From: Bythopirellula sp.
Lineage (GTDB): Bacteria > Planctomycetota > Planctomycetia > Pirellulales > Lacipirellulaceae
Reading direction: 5' to 3'
Assembly: GCA_965216565.1 (NCBI GenBank)
Contig: OZ244170.1
Coordinates: forward strand, 2,944,001-3,008,000
Length of the DNA: 64,000 nucleotides
This document shows positions 41,509 through 52,040 of the stretch, piece by piece (the first letter of the stretch is position 1; each line of letters opens with the position of its first letter). The notes under the pieces are model-generated. The model worked only from the letters and a program-made list of their open reading frames with translations, was not told the origin of the DNA and made no database searches. Both the position numbers and the translations under genes were made by a program.

Positions 41509-43792
41509 CTCTTGTGAAGAACGTTACCAAATCGCGCAGGTCTTCGACCGTCAGCGACTTCTCCAGGCCTGCCGGCATAAGTGAAATAGGACTGGGCTGC
41601 CGGAGCACGACTGACTTGCTCTCCAGCTCGAATCTTCGGCCTGCCGAGTCGGCGTAGTATTCTTTGCCATCGTCGCCGCCCTTGGGCAATCTAAGACCTA
41701 CGTGCGTTTTGCCATCGTCGATTTGGAGAATCATCGGTTGGTAGTGCGGCGCGACTTCGCGGCTGGGATCGAGGATCGATTCGATAATCTTCGCTCGACT
41801 GCTGCCGTCCGCGAGGTTAGTTAGATCGGGCCCCACCTGCCCTCCCCTGCCGCCGTGCCGATGGCAGGCACTGCACTGGGGGCCGACCGGGCTGAAAAAA
41901 AGTCGCCGTCCCGAGGCAGCGTCACCTGATTCCGCAAGCAACTTTTCCCAAGCGTTCAAGTCAGATGCAGGCGGAATCTCCTCGTCGACCGGTCGCGTTT
42001 GGCCAGCTAGTCGGAGCACGCGCTTTGCCTCCTGCTGCAATGCACCGGCACCGTCTTTGGATAGTTGCTCAAATAGTTGGCGATGCTCCTGCCAAGCGGC
42101 AGACAGCCCAACGACCGCTTCGACGCGCATTTCCTCAGCAAGCGATTCGTAACCCACAATCTCGCGAAGCAAGCCAAACCGCTCCGCGTCCGAACGGGCA
42201 GCGAGAGTTCGCACTGCTTCCAAGCGGAGCTCCGCTGATTTAGATGCAAGAAACTTTCGCAATCGGTCCAACGTCAGATCTTTGTAATCAGGCGATATTA
42301 GCCGGAGTGCCAAGGCCTTCGACGAATCTGAGCGGTTGCTGTTACGAAGCTCTCTGGCCAGCAGCCCATCGTTGATGCCGCTGTGGCGCGGTTTCTTCTC
42401 GCCCTCGAGCCAGTCGATCGCCCCCAGGATCGCCATGTAGTAGCGTTCACTGGGCGGTGAATCCCGTAGTAGTGACTTCACTTCGTCGGTTAGTTCCGTG
42501 ACTCGCTCCTCCGCAATCCAGCGTACCCCGAACAAGCGGACGTCTGGGTCGCTGGACTGGAGTGCCTTGCGGAGCAACTCGATCAATTGCTCGGCCTCCG
42601 TCTGACGGAGCCAACGTTTCTCAACGAGTTCTTCCAGTGCTGGGTTGATTGCCGGAGTTTGGACGGGTCCCGTCGGTATTCCAGCGTTCATATCGGCGGG
42701 CAGGGTCAGCTTCCAAATGCGTCCTTTGCCATGCACGGGATAGCTGCGGTCGACCCAATCGCCGAAGACCAGGGAACCGTCTGGAGCGATGGCCATGCCC
42801 GTGGGTCGAAAGTCAGATTCACCCTGCACAACAACTGTCATCGCCGCTGCGAGCTGGCCATCGGCTTGTTTACTCAACTCGTAGCGCTCGATACGATGAT
42901 CGCCCCAACTCGTCACCCACAAGTAGCCCCGATGAGCGATCACCGCGGTAGGAGCTTCGCCCGTCCCGCAAACCATGGGGAGAGTCCCAGGCAGTTCCCC
43001 ATCCCAGGCCAACAGTGGATGCACCCCGGCACGTCCGTACTCAAATCGAAAACCGTAATCGGCCCGTTCGACCACATCAATCAGTCGGCAGGGAGGCATA
43101 GCATCGGGATCGTTGTCTACGGCAAACAGTCGCTCCTTCGCCAGACATAGACTAAACGGATTCCAAAAGCCGGTGGCATAGGGCTCGATCTGCTCGCCCT
43201 TCCAACCGCAGCGAAAAACACGGCCCGCTCCCCCGTGATCGGAGAATGAACTTCCGTCCGACCCCACCAAGCGGTAAGCAACACCGAAGTTTTCACCCAA
43301 ACCCAAGTAAAGTCCGTCGTCACTAAGGGCAATGCCACTTAGCGCGTTGTGAGGATACTCTTCCTTCGTTTCGAGTCGAACGATTACCTCATCCTCGTCA
43401 GCCACACCGTCGTTATTAGTATCCTGAAGCAAATGCACTTCGCCCCGGGTGACGACATACACCGCCCCATCGGGCCGCACGGCGATATTCAGTGCGTGGC
43501 GATAGCCTTCGGCAAAGGTGCTCCAGGCGTCGAGCGTGCCATCACCATTCGAGTCCGCAAGCATCCGGATGCGGTCGCCACCGGGACCTTTGTAATCGTC
43601 CGTGCGCTTGTGCGTATGCGACTCGACAATCAGCAGCCGACCCTCGCTGTCAAAAGCGACGCCCACCGGGGTGACGATTTCTGGCTCCCTGGCGACCCGT
43701 TCCAGCACACACCCTTCGACGAGGACGCGCGGTTCCGCAGCGTGGGTCGAAAGCGCAATTGTTAGCGGCAACAGCCCGAGCCAGTATTTCAT
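41477..43792 (-). CDS. PVC-type heme-binding CxxCH protein (beta-propeller, HEAT-like region, cytochrome c)
   Basis: GFWNPF propeller region; CSACH heme motif; VGPDLT; SLMPAGLE. Confidence 0.88.
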   Translation of the reverse strand: MKYWLGLLPLTIALSTHAAEPRVLVEGCVLERVAREPEIVTPVGVAFDSEGRLLIVESHTHKRTDDYKGPGGDRIRMLADSNGDGTLDAWSTFAEGYRHALNIAVRPDGAVYVVTRGEVHLLQDTNNDGVADEDEVIVRLETKEEYPHNALSGIALSDDGLYLGLGENFGVAYRLVGSDGSSFSDHGGAGRVFRCGWKGEQIEPYATGFWNPFSLCLAKERLFAVDNDPDAMPPCRLIDVVERADYGFRFEYGRAGVHPLLAWDGELPGTLPMVCGTGEAPTAVIAHRGYLWVTSWGDHRIERYELSKQADGQLAAAMTVVVQGESDFRPTGMAIAPDGSLVFGDWVDRSYPVHGKGRIWKLTLPADMNAGIPTGPVQTPAINPALEELVEKRWLRQTEAEQLIELLRKALQSSDPDVRLFGVRWIAEERVTELTDEVKSLLRDSPPSERYYMAILGAIDWLEGEKKPRHSGINDGLLARELRNSNRSDSSKALALRLISPDYKDLTLDRLRKFLASKSAELRLEAVRTLAARSDAERFGLLREIVGYESLAEEMRVEAVVGLSAAWQEHRQLFEQLSKDGAGALQQEAKRVLRLAGQTRPVDEEIPPASDLNAWEKLLAESGDAASGRRLFFSPVGPQCSACHRHGGRGGQVGPDLTNLADGSSRAKIIESILDPSREVAPHYQPMILQIDDGKTHVGLRLPKGGDDGKEYYADSAGRRFELESKSVVLRQPSPISLMPAGLEKSLTVEDLRDLVTFFTRANRRSWPNQQ

Positions 43793-44361
43793 AAAGTGGG
43801 GCCTGTGGGCCACAGCCAGGCGAAGATAGCACCGGCGATCGATGCTTGGATGACGCCTTCGATAACGTGGCCGACAATTCGGTTTTTAAACCAAATTGCA
43901 TGAGGCACGATTGCTGCTGTGAATGTTAAGAATGCGGCTGTTGATATGAATCGAAAGACGGGCGTAAACCCAGCGTCAATGGGCAGTGCAAGTGTGGCCA
44001 GATACGCCAAGCAGAAGTTGACGACGAGCAAATATCCAACTTGGCAACCGAGGTTGGCTCCCATATTTGGAGGACCGTTCCACACTTGGATGGCGCCGAA
44101 GGTGTTGTTCTCCAGCGCCTTCTTGTACTCGGCACTCTTCGTAGCCTCGGCGTCGGGAGCGTGAGGAACCATGAAGTTACCACTCGGCAACTTCATTTCA
44201 GCCATCTTGTCGAGGAATTCACTTTCGTTAGGCAACTTTTGCCAATCTGCTTTGTGTAGTGGAATGATCATCCAGCAAACGAAACCAGAAAAGAACAAAG
44301 CGGCTGTCGTTAGCAGAATTGGCAGCCATAGCGAAAAGGTACTTACCGTTGATTCGAGCAT
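43789..44361 (-). CDS. Hypothetical membrane protein
   Basis: Four hydrophobic segments; stop overlaps the next ATG. Confidence 0.75.
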   Translation of the reverse strand: MLESTVSTFSLWLPILLTTAALFFSGFVCWMIIPLHKADWQKLPNESEFLDKMAEMKLPSGNFMVPHAPDAEATKSAEYKKALENNTFGAIQVWNGPPNMGANLGCQVGYLLVVNFCLAYLATLALPIDAGFTPVFRFISTAAFLTFTAAIVPHAIWFKNRIVGHVIEGVIQASIAGAIFAWLWPTGPTL

Positions 44362-44380
44362 TGTCCACTCTCCTTTGAAA

Positions 44381-44755
44381 TTAGGATGGCGTTTCGATTG
44401 CGTGCTGTTGTAAATCCTCGAGGTCGACGAATTCTAGGGTTGAGATATGGGTAGCCTCCAGATCCACGGGCGGTGCGAAACCAGCCTCCAACGCCTGCTT
44501 CCAACGTTGGGCGCACAAGCACCATCGGTTGCCAGCTACCAAGCCAGGAAACGAGTACATCGGGTTGGGCGTGCTCAGGTCGTTCCCCACATGCTGCGAG
44601 AACGCCAGAAACTCATCACTCACCTGAACGCAAACCAGATGTAGCCCGACATCTTCCTTGCCGGTGCGGCAACAGCCGTCCCGGTAGAAGCCGGTCATCG
44701 GATCGGTGCTACACGTCTGCAATTCGGTGCCGAGGACATTTTTTGGTTGAGACAT
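44381..44755 (-). CDS. DUF2237 family protein
   Basis: NVLG...CSTDPMTGFYRDGCC...GNDLSTP...WCLCAQRW...ATH. Confidence 0.9.
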   Translation of the reverse strand: MSQPKNVLGTELQTCSTDPMTGFYRDGCCRTGKEDVGLHLVCVQVSDEFLAFSQHVGNDLSTPNPMYSFPGLVAGNRWCLCAQRWKQALEAGFAPPVDLEATHISTLEFVDLEDLQQHAIETPS

Positions 44756-44977
44756 GCTTTTAATCGAACGTTGAAATTCTAAGAGATGGGGCCAACCGCA
44801 ATGTTAACCGCAGGGAACGGGAACCTGCAATCCTTTCGCGGTGTCCAAAACGCCCTCGCCTACTGCAATAGCTTGCCAAGCAGATATCTATCTGTAAACC
44901 TAAGCATTAGCCCCGCAATAGGCACAGCCAGCCGAGCGAACCGGACCGATTCACCCAAAATAAATCAGGAATTCTCC

Positions 44978-45259
44978 ATGTTCACTGTTAACGAATACTT
45001 CGATGGCAAGGTCAAATCGATTGCTTTTCAAACCGCCACCTTGCCCGCCACGATCGGCGTCATGGCAATCGGCGAATACGAATTTTCCACCGACAAACAC
45101 GAAACCATCACCGTCGTGAGTGGCAAACTCACCGTGAAGCTTCCCGGCAGCGACGCTTGGCAGGACTACCCCGCCGGCAAAGTTTTTGAGGTCGCGGCGA
45201 ATCAGAAATTCCAACTACAGGTCGAGGAAGCTACTGCTTACCTCTGCACCTATGCGTAA
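44978..45259 (+). CDS. ppnP: Pyrimidine/purine nucleoside phosphorylase (YaiE/DUF1255)
   Basis: [17 protein letters not shown]...YLCTY; AGGA RBS. Confidence 0.9.
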   Translation: MFTVNEYFDGKVKSIAFQTATLPATIGVMAIGEYEFSTDKHETITVVSGKLTVKLPGSDAWQDYPAGKVFEVAANQKFQLQVEEATAYLCTYA

Positions 45260-45307
45260 ATACGGATCTAACTGATCCTAACTTCTGTCCATGAGTGGAG
45301 ATCACCA

Positions 45308-46969
45308 ATGTCTATTCGCTCGCTACGAAAATCCATCGTCTTGCTAGTTGTTCTCAGCGTCAGTACTTACCTGGCTGCTGAATGCGCCTCTGCCGAGACT
45401 GAAGACTACTACGACATCGGAGACTTTCAATACCAGGTATCAACCGATTCGCCCGAAGCTCAACTGTGGTTCGATCGTGGGCTGGCCATGTGTTATGGAT
45501 TCAATCACGAGGAGGCGATCCGCTGCTTTGAAAAAGCTCTGCAGCACGATCCCGGTTTGGCCATGGCCTACTGGGGCATGGCTTACGCATGGGGGCCGAA
45601 CTTCAACAACATGTTGATCGAACCCCCACAAATGGCCCAGGCCGACTTGGCAATTCGCATAGCCAGCCTGCACACCGCTAAAGCAACGGACAAAGAAAAG
45701 GCCCTCATCGAAGCACTAGCCAGCCGATACCAAACGCCATTGCCCGCAGATCGCGACGCACTCAATCAGGCCTACGCCGACGCCATGAGACAGGTTTACC
45801 AGAATCATGGCAACGACCCGCTCGTGATTACGCTCTTTGCCGAATCACTAATGAATCTTCAGCCTTGGAAGCACTGGAGCGCCGCGGGCGAACCGGGACC
45901 ACACACGGAAGAGATCACCGCAGTGCTAGAGAAGGGCCTGGAAAAACACCCCGGCTACCCCGGCATGGCGCATCTTTATATCCACGCTATGGAAGCCTCG
46001 CCAACGCCTGAAAAGGCATTGCCCATTGCCGACGAACTCCGCTACGCCATGCCAGGCCTGGGCCACATGGTCCACATGCCGACGCACATCGACATTTGGC
46101 TAGGCGACTACGAGCAGGTCGTCGACTCGAATCTCGAGGCCATTGATGCCGACACTGCATTTCTCGAGCGCGAAGGCCCCTACAACTTCTACTCGCTGTA
46201 CCGAATTCACAATTATCACTTTGTGGTGTACGGCGCGATGTTCGATGGCCAAAGCGAACTGGCGCTCCAGACGGCCCGGGAACTCAACGAGCAAATCCCA
46301 GAAGACATGCTCCGCGCCCAGGTCGACTTTCTCGATGCCTTTATGCCCACCGCCATCCATGTTCTCGTGCGGTTTGGCCAGTGGGACGAAATTCTCGAAG
46401 AGCCGCAGCCCCCCGAGTATCTACCGATGTCGCGTTCTGTTTGGCGCTACGCCCGGGCGCTCGCCTATGCCGCCACCGGCCGCGTCGACGATGCCGAGAT
46501 CGAACAGCAGGAATTTATCGAACAACGAGAACAAGTGCCCGACACAAGTTTTCTTTTCCAAAACCCATCGCAAAATATTCTAGGCATCGCTGAGGAAATG
46601 ATCGCCGGCGAGATCGCCTATCGCCGGGGCGAATTCGACGAAGCGTTCGAACATCTCCGCGAAGCAATCCGGCTGGACGATGGCCTTAACTACGACGAAC
46701 CGTGGGGCTGGATGCAACCGGCACGCCATGCACTGGGGGCATTACTTCTCGAACAAGGCAACTTCAAAGAAAGCGAAGCCGTCTACCGCGAAGACCTCCG
46801 GCGCCACCCCAAGAACCCTTGGGCCCTGCACGGCCTGAGCGAAGCACTCCGCAAACAAGGCAAGACCGACGAAGCCGCCCAGTGCCGAAAGCAGTTTGCG
46901 GAAGCCTCTGAGCGCACGGATGTAAAGATTGATCGGTCTTGCTATTGCCGGTTGGAGGCGGAGGAGTGA
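45308..46969 (+). CDS. Secreted TPR-repeat protein
   Basis: AQLWFDRGL..YGFNHEEA, HLYIHAME, HMVHMPTHI, YDEPWGW. Confidence 0.85.
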   Translation: MSIRSLRKSIVLLVVLSVSTYLAAECASAETEDYYDIGDFQYQVSTDSPEAQLWFDRGLAMCYGFNHEEAIRCFEKALQHDPGLAMAYWGMAYAWGPNFNNMLIEPPQMAQADLAIRIASLHTAKATDKEKALIEALASRYQTPLPADRDALNQAYADAMRQVYQNHGNDPLVITLFAESLMNLQPWKHWSAAGEPGPHTEEITAVLEKGLEKHPGYPGMAHLYIHAMEASPTPEKALPIADELRYAMPGLGHMVHMPTHIDIWLGDYEQVVDSNLEAIDADTAFLEREGPYNFYSLYRIHNYHFVVYGAMFDGQSELALQTARELNEQIPEDMLRAQVDFLDAFMPTAIHVLVRFGQWDEILEEPQPPEYLPMSRSVWRYARALAYAATGRVDDAEIEQQEFIEQREQVPDTSFLFQNPSQNILGIAEEMIAGEIAYRRGEFDEAFEHLREAIRLDDGLNYDEPWGWMQPARHALGALLLEQGNFKESEAVYREDLRRHPKNPWALHGLSEALRKQGKTDEAAQCRKQFAEASERTDVKIDRSCYCRLEAEE

Positions 46970-47087
46970 TGCTGTTCAACGCAGAGTGCGCTGAGGAGCA
47001 GAGGGCCGCGGAGAACGATTGGTTCCTTCCCTAGATGGGGAGGGTTAGAAAGGGGTGCCATGAGAAAGTACATTTTGAGAGCTTGGC

Positions 47088-47750
47088 ATGACTGACAATC
47101 CATCTGATGATCACACCAGGATCAGCCTAAGCTGGTTACTTAAACTGGTGGCTATCTTCTGTGTTATTTTCGGTATATGGAAACTTAATGAGCCAGTCCC
47201 CGAGCCTCCTCCGGTTAAACCAGAGGGCTGGGACAATTTTAGACTGATCCACAGTCAGCAGGCGCTCGACATCATCTCCTCACCGGATCGAGTTATTGCC
47301 TATCAGCTACGGCAATTGCGGGGATTCAATGACGATCCAGAAAAAGACTTTGAGTCTCTGTCAAATCCTATAGAACTCGATAACGCGTCGGTCAGCCGGT
47401 TGTCTTCTTGCCTAAAGAAATTGGGAATGACTGAATCAGACAAACAACTTTACTATTTGTGGGCACCTCAATATAGTCTCAGGCTAGAGTTCATGAAGAA
47501 TGGGAATATTGTAAATGTGTATTTCGATTTAGAAAGTAAATTATCGAGAGTAAGAGTTTTCCATAAGAACAGATCGGTCGGTGGTTTTTATGGGAATGAT
47601 AAAGTTTTTACAACTGACCAGTCTTTGCAGATAGAGTTGGCGGTCTTATTCAGTCTAGCAGACAAGATTCGTTTACAACTTCTCGAGGCAGAACAATCCG
47701 ACTCAAAGGAACTAAAAGAGAGATCTATGTTTAGTGGAAATCTCAAGTAA
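47088..47750 (+). CDS. Hypothetical membrane-anchored protein, AT-rich
   Basis: 220-aa ORF with an N-terminal TM; visibly lower GC than flanking genes. Confidence 0.6.
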   Translation: MTDNPSDDHTRISLSWLLKLVAIFCVIFGIWKLNEPVPEPPPVKPEGWDNFRLIHSQQALDIISSPDRVIAYQLRQLRGFNDDPEKDFESLSNPIELDNASVSRLSSCLKKLGMTESDKQLYYLWAPQYSLRLEFMKNGNIVNVYFDLESKLSRVRVFHKNRSVGGFYGNDKVFTTDQSLQIELAVLFSLADKIRLQLLEAEQSDSKELKERSMFSGNLK

Positions 47751-47817
47751 CTTATTTGCATGCACTGATGCTCCTCATCAAATGCATCTAACTCGCTCTT
47801 AGTCGTGAGACACTCTG

Positions 47818-48210
47818 CTACATCCTGCCCCATCTTGCATTCCAAGCAATGTCAGCAAAGATAATAGGGATTAGGACAAGGAGAAAAAAGCCAAACAGTA
47901 AAAGTAGCCCTCGCCAGCCTCGGGTCCAAATTAGGTAACCGGGGAGAGCCAAAAACCAACCCAGATAGACCATCAGCCCAAAATCATAGCAAGGGGTGCA
48001 ACGGCGGCTTTGGGCATCCCATACGACCCAAAATAAAATGGCGAAGGGAACCGCATAGACCGAGAAGAATTCAGCCACAGGTGAGAACGGCACGCCGAAG
48101 TACACATAAATACAATTGAAGGCAGTTACGGCTAGAGTCAAAAAGAGGAGCCAAGCGTAAGGTTGCCGAAAAGGCCAAACGCCATTCGAAGAAGAGCTGC
48201 GCATTTGCAT
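47818..48210 (-). CDS. Hypothetical membrane protein
   Basis: Four hydrophobic segments; PGYLIWTRGWRG. Confidence 0.65.
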   Translation of the reverse strand: MQMRSSSSNGVWPFRQPYAWLLFLTLAVTAFNCIYVYFGVPFSPVAEFFSVYAVPFAILFWVVWDAQSRRCTPCYDFGLMVYLGWFLALPGYLIWTRGWRGLLLLFGFFLLVLIPIIFADIAWNARWGRM

Positions 48211-48334
48211 TTCCGCTAAGGTGCCAGTTGCTCCTCAGTGTACCAGAATTCACTCAAGAGCCAATCTCTGACGCATAATCAAATTCTCTGTGCCCTCCGT
48301 GTCCTCTGTGGCAAATCAAATTGCCAACGTGATT

Positions 48335-49066
48335 TTACAACCGCCGCCCTTCATAGACCGTCACCGGCGAGCCCTCGGCTACAAACGCCGAGCTGGGGGG
48401 GCCGCTGAGTGGTTCGATGAACTGCTGGCCGTAGAGCGCTGCGACGTTGCACTCGAATTCCGAATGACTCACCTGCCACACTCGCCAGGGCTTGTGGCTG
48501 ACGTGGTATTCACTGGTCGTGCCGTCACGGCGAGCCGTGTAGCCCCAATAGTGCTCGGCAATGAATTCTTCTTCGCTACCGGCAACCAGGGGCTGAGCTT
48601 CCCCCGTGGTTTCCGCCCTGAGACGCTGCCAGCTTCCGGCGGACTTCCACTCGTATTCGACGCGGCCCGGCACCCCGGGTTCTTCTGGACGGGGCGTGAT
48701 CGCGTACCGCATTGGGGCGTAACAGAACTTCTCGTCATAAAACGTACGCGCCACAAACGCTACCATCCGCCGCGGCACGAGCTCTTTCACAAACACCACC
48801 CCCCGCCGCCAACCATCCTGCTCGTGGTGATAGCGCACGTAAAAACGCAAATTGAGCTCGGCGAAATGTCGGTAGAATGGAAATCCGATGCCCAACACGC
48901 GCGTATCGTGATACAGAAACCCCACCATGCTGGCCATTGTGCGACCTGCAAACGTATCCAACTCCGTCCCCGCCGGGACATACGGCAGGAGGATCGCTGG
49001 ATCCATTTCGTAGTTAAGCATCGCCAGATGCGACCAGCGTGATGTGAGAAACGACTTGCCTGCCAT
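48335..49066 (-). CDS. YqjF/DUF2071 family protein
   Basis: WSHLAMLNYE, ELNLRFYV, FIAEHYWGY, HKPW. Confidence 0.85.
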   Translation of the reverse strand: MAGKSFLTSRWSHLAMLNYEMDPAILLPYVPAGTELDTFAGRTMASMVGFLYHDTRVLGIGFPFYRHFAELNLRFYVRYHHEQDGWRRGVVFVKELVPRRMVAFVARTFYDEKFCYAPMRYAITPRPEEPGVPGRVEYEWKSAGSWQRLRAETTGEAQPLVAGSEEEFIAEHYWGYTARRDGTTSEYHVSHKPWRVWQVSHSEFECNVAALYGQQFIEPLSGPPSSAFVAEGSPVTVYEGRRL

Positions 49067-49196
49067 ATTTCATCTCGGTTACATATTGTTCCGCCAGACC
49101 AACCGCAGCAGTGGCTGGATTGTAACCGAATCGAGAGAGCTTCAGCCATGCGACTCGTGCAGTCGCGGCTGTACCAAGCATTCACGTCGATCCGCG

Positions 49197-49715
49197 CTAG
49201 TCGCGGGCAGCATCTTCCTGCAATTGACGTCGCACCTGGGCGTAATGCGCGGCGGCGCGGACGATTTCCAGATTCTGAAAATCGTATTGCTGACGGGTGC
49301 TACGCATCAGTGCGATCCGATCGTCCTTGAGTTGCCGCAGCCGGGACTCAGCCGCGCGGAGCGAAAGCAGATGACTCTCCGCCGCAGTGCGAACGGGAGA
49401 GTACTCGCCCACGCGTAGGAAGGGTCGGTAGTCGCGAAGTCGGCGGTGCAGGATCGCGATTTCCGTCTCAGCCAGTCGAACTTGCTCGTCCAATCTTCGC
49501 CGCGTATTGGGAAGCACTACGTGCTGGTAGTTCCGAACCCGCGCCTGTGCCGCTTTGTAGGCGATATGGGCCTCGACCAATTCGGGAGTAATAACAACGC
49601 GGCCTTGAACAGGCTCCGCAGTCGGCTCAGCCGTTTGTTCCTTGGCATTGGCACCAGCAGTGCTGACAAAGGTGAGCAAGAGCAGAAGACTAGGGACAGC
49701 AATAAAAATTCGCAT
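49197..49715 (-). CDS. Hypothetical secreted coiled-coil protein
   Basis: Signal peptide; helical heptad pattern. Confidence 0.65.
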   Translation of the reverse strand: MRIFIAVPSLLLLLTFVSTAGANAKEQTAEPTAEPVQGRVVITPELVEAHIAYKAAQARVRNYQHVVLPNTRRRLDEQVRLAETEIAILHRRLRDYRPFLRVGEYSPVRTAAESHLLSLRAAESRLRQLKDDRIALMRSTRQQYDFQNLEIVRAAAHYAQVRRQLQEDAARD

Positions 49716-49938
49716 GAGATACCAACTCCGGAAGAGAGAAGAAAAGCTGTGCGGCTAACTTCCAGAGTAATTGGGCTGCCCGAGGAATTCCAATCTGGGC
49801 TCGCTATGTCGCGTTTTCGCCACATGCAACGCGAGCAATCGTTACAACGCGTAGACGAAGATCGATGGTTAATCACGGATGGACGCGAATGAGCTGGAAT
49901 CAGTAGGGTCCCGTCGCTGACGCTCCGGGCTGGCCCGA

Positions 49939-50000
49939 TGCCCCTTGCCCCTTGCCCCTTGCCCCTTGCCCCTTGCTCCTTGCTCCTTGCTCCTTGCTCC
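49939..50000. repeat. Heptamer tandem repeat: TGCCCCT x5, then TGCTCCT x about 4
   Basis: Directly visible immediately after the proB stop. Confidence 0.9.
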
Positions 50001-50001
50001 G

Positions 50002-51150
50002 CTACAGCACGATAAGATTATTACGGTGCACGACTTCCTTGTAGGGGCAATGGCCCAGTAGTTCCGCGATGCGTTCGGTGGGTTGGCCGGCAATCGTTTG
50101 CATTTCCTTGGCAGTGTAATTAGTTAATCCTCGCGCTAACTCATTCCCGCTAGAATCGCAAAGCGAAACCACGTCGCCTTTGGAAAAATCGCCCTCCGTG
50201 GAGGTCACCCCAATCGCCAACAAACTACGCCCCCCGTTTTCGATGGCAGAGACGGCCCCCTGATCGAGAACCAACTTCCCCGCTGCGTTTGCGCTCCAGC
50301 CAATCCAGCGTTTACGGGAATCGATCGACTTGCCTTCAGCAATGATCAGTGTGCCGACGTCTTCGCCTGCCAGGATACGGTCGAGAATATCATCGCAACG
50401 TCCATTGGCGATCACTACGTTTTCGCCCGCAGCGGTGGCAATACGTGCCGCCTGCAGTTTGCTTTTCATTCCACCCAGGCTGAGTTGCACAGACCCTTGG
50501 TGATTTCCATCGTACACGGCATGTTCGCCGGAGGCATCGACATCAGTTACAACCGGGATGACTTTCGAATTGGGGTCAGCAGGATCGCCTTCGTAGAGGC
50601 CGTCAATGTCCGAGAGCAACACCAGCAACGGGGCGCGAATCAGATTCGTCACCTGCGCGGCCAGACGATCGTTGTCTCCAAAGCTGGTTTGGAATTCTTC
50701 GACGCTGACAGTGTCGTTCTCATTGATGATCGGCACGGCGTCGCATTGAAACAATGCAAGCAACGTGTTCCGCACATTGAGATAGCGTCGACGATCTTGC
50801 AAATCTTCCGCGGTGAGCAGGACTTGAGCCGCGTGAAGTTGATGTGGCTCCAGCGCCTGGTTGTACGATTCAATCAACAGGCTTTGCCCAATGGCGGCGG
50901 TGGCCTGCAACTGAGCCATATCGGTCGGGCGCTGTTTGATCTCCAGACGACCTAAGCCCGCGCCCACAGCCCCACTGCTGACTAGTACCACGCGCCGTCC
51001 CGCCTGCCACAGCCGCGCGAGCTGTGCCGAAATGGCAGCGACTCGCTGGCCGTCGAGCGTACCATCACTGGCAGTCAGCACGCGTGTGCCCACCTTAACG
51101 ACCACCAGGTCGGCTTCAGACATGATTTCTTGACGAACGAGTTCGGGCAT
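50002..51150 (-). CDS. proB: Glutamate 5-kinase
   Basis: VVKVGT, VSSGAVGAG, PIINENDTV, FGDNDRLAA, GGMKSKL, PUA domain. Confidence 0.95.
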   Translation of the reverse strand: MPELVRQEIMSEADLVVVKVGTRVLTASDGTLDGQRVAAISAQLARLWQAGRRVVLVSSGAVGAGLGRLEIKQRPTDMAQLQATAAIGQSLLIESYNQALEPHQLHAAQVLLTAEDLQDRRRYLNVRNTLLALFQCDAVPIINENDTVSVEEFQTSFGDNDRLAAQVTNLIRAPLLVLLSDIDGLYEGDPADPNSKVIPVVTDVDASGEHAVYDGNHQGSVQLSLGGMKSKLQAARIATAAGENVVIANGRCDDILDRILAGEDVGTLIIAEGKSIDSRKRWIGWSANAAGKLVLDQGAVSAIENGGRSLLAIGVTSTEGDFSKGDVVSLCDSSGNELARGLTNYTAKEMQTIAGQPTERIAELLGHCPYKEVVHRNNLIVL

Positions 51151-51287
51151 TTGATTTAGGGATGCGGATTTCGGATTGCGGATAGGAGTTTTTGGCTATG
51201 ATTTGCCCCGTCTGTCCCTACTTCTCCCGCGTAGGTAACCAAACCTCCAGCCTACCCCCTCCTGCCTTCAGCCTCTAGCCAGGAAAT

Positions 51288-51332
51288 ACTGTACATATGC
51301 TCTTGCGAACATGTACGGACGTATATTATGAT
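51288..51332 (+). promoter_or_regulatory. Candidate lexA promoter with putative operator
   Basis: TTGCGA-N18-TATGAT with TGTAC-GGAC-GTATA in the spacer; second TGTAC half-site at 51290. Confidence 0.5.
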
Positions 51333-51443
51333 GGCCACAGCACTTGCAGCGAGCTACGTCCCGCGCCCATGAAGTCCCGCACTCGTGAATCTCCCTCCTG
51401 CATTTCGCTGCTTACCCGTGACTCACCTACGCAAGGCCGACCC

Positions 51444-52040
51444 ATGAGCATCGACCAACTGACCCGGCGCCAAAAAGATGTGTTTCTCTTTATCCGGGAG
51501 AAAATTGAGAATCGGGGCTACGGCCCGACGGTCCGCGAAATTGGCGAAGAGTTTGAAATCAGTTCACCCAATGGCGTGATGTGCCATCTCAAGGCGCTCG
51601 AGAAAAAAGGCCTCATCACCCGCGAACCCAACATGTCGCGGGCCATTCAGCTTACCGAGGCTGCCTGCGAAGATCGTGGCATGCCGCTGGTGGGTCAGAT
51701 CGCTGCCGGCAGTTTAAGTGAAGCCATCGAACAAGCCGAACGTTTTGAATTTGAAGATTGGTTCGGCCAGAAAAACCTGTTCGCCCTCAAGGTGAAAGGC
51801 GACTCCATGATCGAGGCCGCCATTGCCGACGGCGACCTGGTAATTTGCCGCAAGGCCCGCACCGCCGACCGCGGCGACATTGTGGTAGCACTCACCGACG
51901 ACGGTGAGGCAACACTTAAATATTGGTACCCCGAAGCCAACCGCGTCCGTCTCCAACCGGCCAACTCAGAGATGAAACCCATCTACAGCCGCAACGTGAA
52001 AGTCTTGGGCGTTTGCACCGGCGTGGTGCGGAAAGTGTAG
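51444..52040 (+). CDS. lexA: LexA repressor
   Basis: PTVREIG, HLKALEKKG, AAG cleavage site, VKGDSM (Ser), EATLK (Lys). Confidence 0.95.
   Translation: MSIDQLTRRQKDVFLFIREKIENRGYGPTVREIGEEFEISSPNGVMCHLKALEKKGLITREPNMSRAIQLTEAACEDRGMPLVGQIAAGSLSEAIEQAERFEFEDWFGQKNLFALKVKGDSMIEAAIADGDLVICRKARTADRGDIVVALTDDGEATLKYWYPEANRVRLQPANSEMKPIYSRNVKVLGVCTGVVRKV

Noticed and set aside
48290..49042. 250-aa ORF on +
   Set aside because: Antisense shadow of the YqjF-family gene
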